DNA of 63,118 nucleotides, the filler included, from Sphacelaria rigidula (taxonomy: Eukaryota), in NCBI GenBank assembly GCA_964200075.2. It is 8 parts of 8 records of this genome, joined end to end, with 100 filler letters (N's around TTAATTAATTAA, not from the genome) between each part and the next. Parts side by side here need not be neighbours in the genome. Positions count along the whole stretch, not along the records: positions 47,416 to 55,217 come from CAXNAA020013413.1; positions 55,318 to 63,118 come from CAXNAA020013414.1; 6 more parts are not named here. One strand, written 5' to 3'. The notes beneath the pieces were generated by a model that saw only the letters and a list, made by a program, of their open reading frames with translations, made no database searches and had not been told where the DNA came from. Shown here piece by piece: positions 53,253 to 63,118 of this stretch (the stretch's first letter is position 1; each line of letters opens with the position of its first letter). A program made the position numbers and the translations under genes.

Positions 53253-55217
53253 GAAGCTTTGGGAGCTCGCGTATGATGGGCAACCTGTAGTGTGTGAGGC
53301 CTGGCGGGCGACACCCGTGATAATACCAAGGGAAGACTGGCAGCGTAAGTAGTGCAGGATATCTATACGTGGCGAGTGCTCAGAAAATAGATGATGAGGA
53401 GAAGCTATCAACGGGCTGTTGTGGATGAGTGGGTGGATAAACAAACAGCACAAACAACCATTATTTGAGCTTCGGGTCCATCTTGGCGATGGTCCGTTTC
53501 GCACGGCAATACGGACGTCTCCAGGAATAACTCCGGAGAGGTTCCGCCAGGAAGGCGCCTGATTTCGACGCCATATCTTCTTTCGGTCGCCGGTGATTCA
53601 TCAAGTATTCATCCTGCACGGCAAGGCCATTCTACACATGGCAAATGAATGTCGCAAAGCGAAAACTTGAGATGCGGCAGGCAGAGTGCTGACATGCTTG
53701 CGTATTGAACATTTCGGCCAACTGCAGTCTGAAACGTTCTACGCAGTAATTCTTATTACATATTTCGGCCGATTGCAGTCAAAAATGTTCTAAGCAGCAA
53801 CCGCGCGCTTTGAACAATCAATTTGCTACTTCTCCCGTAGTGTTATGTACGGTGGCCAGCAAACTAGAAGCAAATATTATGCAAGCATTTGAGCTAAACT
53901 TTCCGGAGTTTTCGGGGATCTCTGACGCCCAAAAATGATCAGGTCCACTACGGGACAGGAAATCATCGGCATTCTAATTAAAAACAAAAGGCCGAACTCG
54001 ACGGGGACATGGCAAAACTGGTCCCACTTGTGACATATTTCTGTTGTTTTTCCTCTTGTCGAGTTCGTTTTCTTCGATCTTGGGCACTATACCCATGTGA
54101 CCATCCCATGTACACCATTCACCACTCGTTACCAAAGTGCCACACCTACGGTGGGGTTTGTGCCCAGATCCGTCATTTCCGTGCTGCAGCTGACACAGCA
54201 GGATAATCCGTTGGAATCCTGCAAATGCGGTTTGGTCCGTTGTGGAGACTGCGTGAGCTGTTGTACCATTTTTGTATCCCAGTCGGTACCAAGAATGTAG
54301 TCGGCGTACAGTACTGTCTACACATTTTGGAGAACGTGGCAGTGTGTTCGTTGCTGTGTCTTCTGTGCACAGAAAGCGGCGCCACGTTTCACACCCACCC
54401 GTTGTATTTCGTGGATGTCGCTGTGCAGTGGTGCGTTTGAAGCGTGCGAACACGGTCTGATCTCCGCTGGAGATTGCATGAGCTACTGTACTGCTGCTAG
54501 GTTCCGGTCTGTACAGAATTGGGGTGGGATCTAAAGTTGAAAAGCCACGTGATGACTGTGCAACCTGGGGTACACGAAGATCGGTATACCGCATATCTAT
54601 GATCCTCCCTCCCCATCCCCTCTCCCCATCCCCCCCCGGAGTGTCGAACTCCGTTTTCATTCTTTCCTGATTATCTCTTCTCTTCCTCGTTGCATTTCCC
54701 CCCTAAAATCGTGTGTTCACTGCACATTACCACCGAAAACGCTTCAAATAAGTACCTACTTGTTGGAAACACCTACAGGCTGCTGGTCTTTGGTCCTCGT
54801 GGCTGGAAACGATCCCAACCAGAACCATCCCCAGCGACAACGTTTGTTTTCACGAAAAGCAGCTCATTTTAGTAATGTTCTAATTTGGGGATTACCACGG
54901 TAAGACCACAGTGATTGGTAAACGACTGGGAAGTACGACATACCAGAATAACCCAAAACATCCAAACCTTGATTACGTAACCTATGTTCTCCGGTTTCCA
55001 TCCAGGTCATTGCCGAGCAAATCATGTTGTCTCATTCTCGTGGAAATACATACCGTACGAATACTGGTTTCCCGGTGGTTTCTAATCACCGCCCGAGAGT
55101 GCCCGAAAACAAAATCCGACACCCTATTTTTGCCCTTTTTTTGAATCCTGGAGTTTTGGGGGCGAGGGGGAGGGGGGGGGGGGGTGTACTCATGATTATG
55201 ATTTGCTTAGTTTTAAG

Positions 55218-55317
55218 NNNNNNNNNNNNNNNNNNNNNNNNNNNNNNNNNNNNNNNNNNNNTTAATTAATTAANNNNNNNNNNNNNNNNNNNNNNNNNNN
55301 NNNNNNNNNNNNNNNNN
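55218..55317. other. Artificial contig spacer
   Basis: Same 100-bp linker. Confidence 0.98.
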
Positions 55318-55641
55318 AAATTATCTCGTTTCTGTGGAAATTTCAAATCCCCACAACTTCCTTTTTTTTTTTTTTTCCTTGCTGCTCACGTGATCTTATG
55401 CATGTCGATCATGAAAAACTGCTGTCGAAATTTCAGCGTCCAACTCCTGACATCGCGCCGTGCGTCGCCTGAGCGAGAAAACTACCCATTGTCGGCTGGC
55501 CCAGCTCGTAGGAATTTCTCGAATTACTTTTGAAACGGAAATCAAGGTCCTGACACGCATTCTTGAGTAGCTCCTAACTTTCGGAGCCCCTTAATGAGAA
55601 CACCTTGACCCGACTGTGTAGCCCCTACCGTGGCGTGGCTC
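55318..55641 (+). mobile_element. Right end of a Sola2-like element, apparently cut by the contig start
   Basis: GGAGCCCCTTAATGAGAA..CCCCTACCGTGGCGTGGCTC; left extent assumed. Confidence 0.45.
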
Positions 55642-55871
55642 TCTGGTGGGGCTTTGTGTGCATGTCACGTTTTACACAAGGTACATACATGGTGGGTCAT
55701 TTTCCAAACACGGACCAGCACCGCCATCCTCCTTGATCAGAGATCTGGTAGGTAATCGAGTATCCGTGAACCTAGAGCGTGGTTTGTGCTGACCATCTTC
55801 AGTATCCTCTGCACGATGACTAAAGTATTCAGCATTTTCGTTGCTGTTGTTGTTGCTGCTGTGTAACATCT

Positions 55872-56131
55872 GAGCAATGCTACGGTAGGGGTGCACTTTT
55901 TGCGCAAAATCGTGTCTGATTCAGGGGCTCCAAACGATTATAGATGCACAAGAACATGGATCAGGCAGGGCATCCCCGTTTGCAAATTCATTCGGGACAT
56001 CCCCAGCACATTGGGATATTAATCCTGGCGTACTCTCATCTATTTCATCAGTCGTGTTTTGGATGAGATCAGGGGCTCCCAACATTTCTTCCCTAGGAAA
56101 ATATTCGTGCACCCCTACCGTAGTATCACTC
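55872..56131. mobile_element. 260-bp Sola2-like MITE
   Basis: ATCT|GAGCAATGCTACGGTAGGGGTGCAC...GTGCACCCCTACCGTAGTATCACTC|ATCT: 25-bp imperfect TIR, GAG..CTC ends, perfect 4-bp TSD. Confidence 0.85.
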
Positions 56132-56410
56132 ATCTCGCTTGTGCGAAGGAGCGATATTGTAATGTTCAGATCAAGTAGCGACGCGGTTAAAAAGAAACGG
56201 TGGCAGAAAAAAATGAGAAGAGGGAAACAGGTTCCGTTTCTTCTTCGTGGTTTATCTGAATGTGTATGTTGTATATTGTATTTTGCATGTTGATGTGTCT
56301 CTAGTCGGTGGCAACAGGCAGCAGTACGGTACAGTACAATGTTTCAGTTGGGGCTCTTTTGTTGTCTCTCTCTCTCTTGCGCGCGCGCGTGTGTGTGTGT
56401 ATGTGTGCAG

Positions 56411-59400
56411 GCACGCAAGGTGTGGGGAAGCGTTGTGAATACATGCCGTAACTTAGCGCGGTTGGGAGCCGTCTCTCTGGGAGCCGATAGCGAAGAATGG
56501 GGCGAGATGAAGGAGTACGTCAAGGTATATACTGGATGTACGCTCCCTGTCAGTTATGGTGGGGGGGTTTTCCTTGAAAATAAATATATTTATATTAATA
56601 TATTCTCTTGTTTTTTGCTTTTGGCTGTACAGTGCGTTTCTACTCGTACTGTAGTGCAACCGTTTGTAAATGGCGTTTTGCCTCCGTCTGTCTCTGTCTC
56701 TGTCTCTGTTTCTGCCTCTGTTTCTGTCTGTCTTATCTGCCTGTCTGTTTCTCTGTTCATCTGTTCTTCTACCCATCTATCTATCTCTGCTCAGCTTTCA
56801 TTTCATTGCGTTCATTTTCGTCATACCGTTTTCGTTTCGTATTTTTCATACTTGTACAAAGTGTTTTTCGCCTGATTTCTCGTTCTTTATGTTTCTCTTC
56901 TTTTCGTCCTCGCTATTATCCTAATATACTCCCGCTAGAGTTGATCATGCCTTCGCAATCATAGCGAGTGACCCTCGATCCACATCTTCATATCTTGGAG
57001 CACGCCCATCTGGTGACTACAGCTTGACTTGTGCCGGGTCAGAGATCACCCACCAACCAAAAACCCGATCATTATCTCCTCATGATATATGGTATTCACA
57101 AATTTTTAGAAGTGCATGGAGGCAGACCCAAGCAGCTGTACATGTCAGCGGGGGGGCGACTTCAACGCTTCTGGGCACCTCTCTGTCTCTCTCTGTCTCT
57201 GTCTGTTTCTCTCTCCGTATGTATGCATGTATGTCTGTGTGTCTCTGTTCGCCTCTCCCTCTCTCTCTCTTCAAACGTCATTTTTCTTGTGTAGGCTGAA
57301 TTTCTACAGGGTGTTTAAACATAATTTTACAAGTTATTTTTATCTCACGTGAGGAATAGTGGTAGTAGTGGCGGGAATAATGGTAGTAGTGGCGGTACCA
57401 AACGCGCGGAGTGTTTGGTATGCATGTCTTGTGGGAGACTATTGAGTGTCGGGACATCAACCAATGTTTCTGACCCCTCAAACACGAGAACTCACCACCA
57501 CATGCCCCTGGACACTTTTTTAGCATCGCCCTGACTGACAGGAGCCTGCTGTAGTCCACTTTCCGCTGATTTGTTGGCGTCCTGAAATTCGCAAACGGCC
57601 GCTTGCCAAAAATCAAAGTAAAAGTGGGAAATTGCGAAGACGGCGCGAAAACATTCCGAATTTCACAAGCAGCACCACATTTCTCACTGACGTGGTGTAG
57701 ATTTGGCCAGTGGTCGTTTGTAAAGCCTAGGGGTCTAGCGAATCGAAATGGTCGATTAACCCTTGGACCGCGAGGGTAGGTCACCTGCTGACTCGGTATC
57801 AATACTCGACACTTTCTACGATAGCCCCCCCCCCCCAAGAAAAAAAAAAACAGCCCAAAAGTGTCACGAAAAAAATGGCCATACAGCACTTGATGTTTGG
57901 ATTCAGACTGCATGAAGCGCCTCATATTGGTGACATTGGCGAGAACGAACCCAAGCGTGGGAACTCCCAGCTGCTCGTTGTGCTAGGCTTTTGTCATTGC
58001 GATTTACGTGAAGATTTTACCGCCCCAAACCATGCACTTTTGGGGGGGGGTGCTATCGTAGAAAGTGTCATTCACCTCGAAATATTTGTGCGTGACCCAG
58101 ATGGACTACCCGTACCGCGGTCCAAGGCTTGAGGCCGCGTCGCATCGAGACGAAAAAATGATGATGGCGTTTTGATAATGATAATTGCTGATAATGACGA
58201 ACGAGTAGCCCAAGTGTGGCAACCAATTACATTCCGTTTCGTATTCTCATGGGAATATTCCTCCTTCAACCTTCATCAACCTTCCATCACAAATATCAAC
58301 TCGAACATAATTATGATTGATTTCAATGACAATCCATTATGACAAATTGCGAAACGAGAGGTGGAACGGTTGCCACACTTGGGCTGTTCGTCAGTATCAT
58401 TCATCATTTATCATTCTCACAACATCATTCTCACTTTTTTTTTGTCTCGACAAATAAGACTGGGCCTTAAAGCTTCTCGATCAGGTGATTTATAGCGTCC
58501 AAGTCACCAGGCGCGAGTATCTCCTGTCTTAGGGATGAAGAGAAGAGTTTTGGATGTCGCCAAAATTAAATATCCCTGCGAAATGTATTGCATCCTCAGA
58601 AAAAAAGCATTATGGATCACAACATTTATTGTAACGCAAGTTTACACAGAAAACATTTCCAAAATCACGAAGAAAGCGTCAAGTGCGTCTGGTCTCCACC
58701 GCGTTTGTTCATTCGTGACAGATTACATGATACGAGACAGACAACCAACCAGTCACTCGGTCATTTAATCATACCGAAAAACAGTAGACTACGAGCTGGA
58801 CCAACCTAAAAAGGGTACAGTTACTCACCTATATAGCATACGATATAAGCTTTTCAGTTTCTCGAATTAACCTGATGCTAGTGTATCGCTGTGAACCGCA
58901 GACCAACCTGCCGATGCACGCTCTACCGTGAAAGAAAAAAATGAAGACAAGAAAATATGCGTACTGCATGTTATATGACCTCAGCGACGGAACCAGATCC
59001 TGCAAAGAAGATGTTGTAATCGTGTCGGGATTCGAACGCACGACTTTCCGCCCTTGTGGAAGTCTCTTTATCTGCTAGACGGCGGTGTGCAACGGTGCCA
59101 CATGAGAAGAAGAATACACGACCCAACTTGAGGAGGTTTGAGCTGAAACTTGACACGCATATTCGACACGTCAATACGCAAAAATGCAATCGCCTTGAGT
59201 CAAAACCATGTATGTATGCATGTATATATATTTGTTGAGAAATTGTGTTTTAGAAGTTTTATCAAAATCTCAAACTGGCTCTAGTTTGTTTTTTTCTCTT
59301 GTTATTTTGACTGAGGTAAATACGTTTTGGGGTGTTCTTGGATGATGCAAACCTTGTGCCTAGAATTTCAGTTCCCAACTCTTGAAAAAAGGGCCGTCTC

Positions 59401-60123
59401 AAAGCTGATCAAGCCCCCAAAAAAACCTCGTACTAGTTCCACGAGTGACTTGGTGCGTGCAGCAAGCAGTTCAAGCTGAGAAGGATGTCGTAGTTCTGTC
59501 GTAGTAATAGTATTTTGACATTTGTTTGGTATGACTGACTGGCTGGCTGAATGGTTGGTTGTCTATGTCGTATCAACTGGTCCATTGCGAGTAAGTGAAG
59601 CCTCGGGTAAAAAGATGATCGTGTGCCAAGCTGCACATCCACAGGAAACATCAAGTAGAGATAAGGAGGAAAGTTGAGAAATAATAAAACAGGTATCACC
59701 ACTAATAACATGGGTGACAATATGTGTTCGTGTGTGGTATTTCGCTTGTTCACACGGTCCTACTTTTTTGTTGCTCCCCCCAAACCTGTCACCAAACACA
59801 CACGCGCGCGCGTATCTCTGTATAGGCACACAATGTTGGCCTCTACCCTATCTAGCACGCGGCATCTAACCTGTCATGACTGTAGCGCTAATGCAGGACG
59901 TGAGTAGTCATCCTCTCTGCTTGAACCCTTATACTGGAGATTTTCCACTCTGCCGTTGGATGTTGGATGCTGCCCTCTCGGATGTGTGCAGATGTTCCCG
60001 TTCCTGCTGAAGCAGCACCTTCAAAACCAAAGGGACGACGTGGAGTTGGCGTTTTCGACCCTGCCCATGGAGAGTATATTAACCATCCAAGAAGATCCGA
60101 ATCCGCCGCTCGCTGCGTGCCAG
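56411..60123 (+). CDS. Bestrophin-family (UPF0187/VCCN-like) anion channel, two internal exons
   Basis: Exon 56411-56524 ARKVWGSVVNTCRNLARLG..EYVK (signature following RWWE) and exon 59992-60123 MFPFLLKQHLQ..IQEDPNPPLAACQ; AG/GT bounded, both phase 0. Confidence 0.85.
57760..58128. mobile_element. piggyBac-type MITE interrupted by a GAC..GTC MITE (57808-58069)
   Basis: Host halves match 21479-21574; insert flanked by ACTC / ATTC. Confidence 0.85.
58850..59100 (-). mobile_element. tRNA-derived SINE-like repeat (family 2)
   Basis: B-box-like GTTCGAATCCCGACA on minus strand at 59023-59037; homologous to 8225-8445. Confidence 0.55.
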
Positions 60124-60274
60124 GTGCGCTAGTTTCTCGAGTTTGTTCTGCCCCTACTTCTCCGACAGAACTCAACAGGTCCTAGGATAGGGAGGAAGGG
60201 ATGTGTGTGTATGTGTGTGTGTGGGGGGGTACTCATGATCATGCATGCCATAGTCATCAGATCATTGTGGGGGG

Positions 60275-60870
60275 GGAGGGCGTACTCATTTGTTGCTTGC
60301 CTTGGTCGTTTGACCGTTGACTACGCATCTCTTTCGAGACGGAGCACCGTTTCTACTCCCGATAGAGTCACCTCCAACATTTGGGCGCGCATGATGTTTC
60401 TTCCATACACGGCACAAACACCTCTTTTACATGTATCATCCCCTTCCTGTTTTGCCGTCTGTGACCACCACCTATCTCCTAGTATAGCCATCGTTTTCTC
60501 CCCAATGTTCTATGTATCAAACGTTTTCATGCCACGTTCGTTGAATACCCCTACATTTCCCCCCCCTAGGACGTGCGTCAATACACTCTCTCTACCACGT
60601 CCCGTTCCTCCTAGTGTAGTTCACACTCTGCCACTTTACAAGTTCTACTCTCCATTCCCTCGCCACAGGGGCAACTCTGTGCATCTACTTTCTCCTCCAC
60701 TGAACTACTGGTATATGTCTTTCTTCTTTCTGGCAGGTCCAGGTCCCCCACCCGAAATTTCAGTTTCAATATTTTCGCCGCGTCCATTGGGCCATGCAGA
60801 TATGATTTAATCCCTATCCCCTCTCTCAACTCCCCGTATATCTCCGGGTGTTCTTCCTCGTCTACTTTCG
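60275..60870 (-). mobile_element. LINE 3' fragment (family A)
   Basis: YLHGPMDAAKILKLKFRVGDLDLPERR..CPCG..ESRT..AECE (Cys-rich C-terminal domain); copies in three contigs share the same 3' end. Confidence 0.75.
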
Positions 60871-61245
60871 GTCTGAGCGTTTCCGTTTCCCCTTATTTCT
60901 ATCGTGTCTCTTGCTTTTGTCTTCTACCCTCCGCATTCACCTATGAACACATATCTTATCTCGGTTTACTCCTATATTTATATCTTTGACAACAGTGAGA
61001 TGGCCACCAAACTCGTGATGCGGATCTGCGGGACTCTGTGAAAGAGTTGTGAAAATATCATCCCGCTGCTCACAGTTTGTCTTGTCAGATTCCAGTGATT
61101 TTAACGTTGTGGCTTCCATGCCACTGATGGCTTGCCTACTTATCATTAACGCCATTGCTCGACATGTAAAAATAGAGTTTCAGCACAGTTGCGAGTCGTT
61201 GCGCTGCCTTTTGTTCATCATGGCCGTCCTTGTTGTTTCTTGTGC

Positions 61246-61442
61246 TGAGCTATCCGCACATGTTTTCCCTGGGTGAACTATGAGAGCTGTATGAGCTACG
61301 CTTGTTTGCGTTGGGTGAGCTATGAGAGCTACATGAGCTACGCACGTTTGTCCTGGGTGAGCTATCAACCCGTAGTTCATCAGCTCATATTCGCGGTGGA
61401 TGAGCTATGAGAGCTGTATGAGCTGCGCACGTTTGTCCTGGA
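61246..61442 (+). repeat. 42-bp minisatellite
   Basis: TGGGTGARCTATGAGAGCT..ATGAGCTACGC.GTTTG units at 61270, 61312, 61354 and ~61396. Confidence 0.85.
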
Positions 61443-61506
61443 TGGCGGGGAGGAGATGGGGAGAGGGGGTGGGGGGGCGAGGCACATATTCTACACAGGA
61501 CACCTG

Positions 61507-61601
61507 TAACCCTTCGGGTTGGCCGCGACGAGTCCGTGGTCTCAAGGGTTCAACCCTTTCTCTCCATCGGCATACGCCTTGCATTTTGGTATCGCGGGTT
61601 A
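61507..61601. mobile_element. ~95-bp TAACCC..GGGTTA mini-element
   Basis: Core GACGAGTCCGTGGTCTC..TCAACCC shared with 16600-16695. Confidence 0.55.
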
Positions 61602-63118
61602 GATGATGACCCAACACAGTATTAGTAGTAACATTAGCGGAATATTGTTGACGTTTTTCCTTACAACATGAAAACGTACTATTATACCGCAAGTTTAGCG
61701 GAGTATATCGCTCGGGGCCATAAGAAACCGCGTCTCGAAAATTACCTATAAAATAAACAAGGTCCTGCTCTGCTGCAGCATATCTTACTCACCAAAGATA
61801 TCCCCACAGGATGTCGTATTTCAACGAGACAAAATTCCACACGTCGGACATATCATGATCCGTCTGAAAATTACTTTCTTTTAGTGTACTGATCCGGATC
61901 ATTTATTCCCCCTCTTGCATGTTTGCTTTTACAGCTCCAGACGCTGAGCACGCCGAGTAGCGCAAAGGTTGCGCTTTGACTCCTCTGACTCCGCGGTCAC
62001 ATGTTTTGTGTTTATGGACCACCGGATTCGAGAGTCTTCTTTCATCAGTTGTTTCAGGCAGATAATGATCTGTTCGACGTGTGCAATGTTCGATGGTGGC
62101 GATGTGGGTGAAGCAATTCTGGAGAGATACTCAACCCTAGTTGTTATTCTCCGTGTATCACCGATGGTACTGCGGTGTGTTTATGGGTGCGTGTTTCGGG
62201 TTCGTCGTTGAGATATACTCGAGGGCCCAGGGCCCACAGATAGGGGCAAGAAATGTGAGTGCTAACATTTTTCGACCTATCAAAGGCTTTCAATCTACGA
62301 AAATGAGGCGACCTTTCACCGGTCAAATGGGAGAAACGAGTGGTATTTTTAGTTGCAAAATAGCTGTCATTGGTCCACACATTGCGTCGCTGTGGGTCAG
62401 ACAGCTGCTACCATGAATCGCTGGGGATACAGCAGCTCCATGCTGGCTCAGTTTGCTTGCCGCGACCAGCATGCACCCGCCTTGCGTGTCTTCTCCGATC
62501 ACAGCACTCGATTACAACTGAAGTACCAGAGAAGACGCAACAGACAGCTGCACAGCCGTCATGTAGTAATCGTTTCAACTTTGTGTAGACAGCACATTGA
62601 TCCCACCCTAATTCTGTGCAGACCGAAACACGGCATGCAGCACTACAACTGTTCAGGCACTCTCCAGCGAACATGGCACCATGCTTGTCGTGGAGTGTTG
62701 AAGTGCACAACAACATAGCGACAACTACAGCATATAAATGTTGGCTGTGGGAAGCGCCTCGTTCATTTCGCGGAAGACCAAACAGCGAACACACTGTGAA
62801 GGTTTCAACAGTGTGCAGCACGGCGTGCGGTCTAGCATTATTTTCAACGAACCTAGCCACAACATCGCAAGCACCTCCGTTGGCGAGGTACGGCCTATCC
62901 CCCATAGCGGACTTTACCTATGGGACAGGAAGTATATACGTACTGTACATGTACAGTGCCGTATTGTGTGAATATATTCGTGCGCTGCGCTCGAATCTTA
63001 TTCTGTTTTGTTGCTGCTCTCAAAAGCGCGTAGCTGACTCGCCTCCCCCCCCCCCCCCCCCCCCCCCTTTTTTTTTTTTTTTATATAATTTTTTTTAGTT
63101 TTTTCCCCCTTTTTGTTT

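Noticed and set aside
53974..54660. 228-aa ORF with internal repeat
   Set aside because: The repeat is a dispersed DNA motif also seen near 40060-40110; no coding signal.
55921..56133. 70-aa acidic ORF
   Set aside because: Essentially coincides with the Sola2-like MITE.
42627..60123. DPH7 + oxidase + bestrophin as a functional cluster
   Set aside because: They lie on three separate contigs joined artificially.
61935..61967. Micro-exon LQTLSTPSSAK as the next bestrophin exon
   Set aside because: Acceptor is plausible, but there is no family similarity and the expected CERI..TP motif is absent from the contig.

Overview
Eukaryotic nuclear DNA, most likely a brown alga (inferred from ~50% GC, short GT-AG exons in kb-long introns and the repeat families present). 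It is not one locus: eight contigs of 7801-7803 bp are joined by artificial 100-bp spacers (44N-TTAATTAATTAA-44N). Supported genes are all spliced fragments: DPH7/WDR85 (3 exons, minus), a bestrophin-family channel (2 exons), a coiled-coil protein (6 phase-consistent exons), exon 1 of a probably secreted FAD oxidoreductase, and a few orphan exons. The rest is mostly transposon-derived: two LINE families, two tRNA-derived SINE-like families, piggyBac-type MITEs, a Sola2-like MITE with a perfect 4-bp TSD, an unclassified GAC..GTC MITE family and a CMC-like element. The most unusual structure is a 3.6-kb nested multi-hairpin locus at 23710-27299. Nearly all six-frame ORFs look spurious. No CRISPR array, rRNA or convincing tRNA gene was seen, and no new biological system can be demonstrated from sequence alone.
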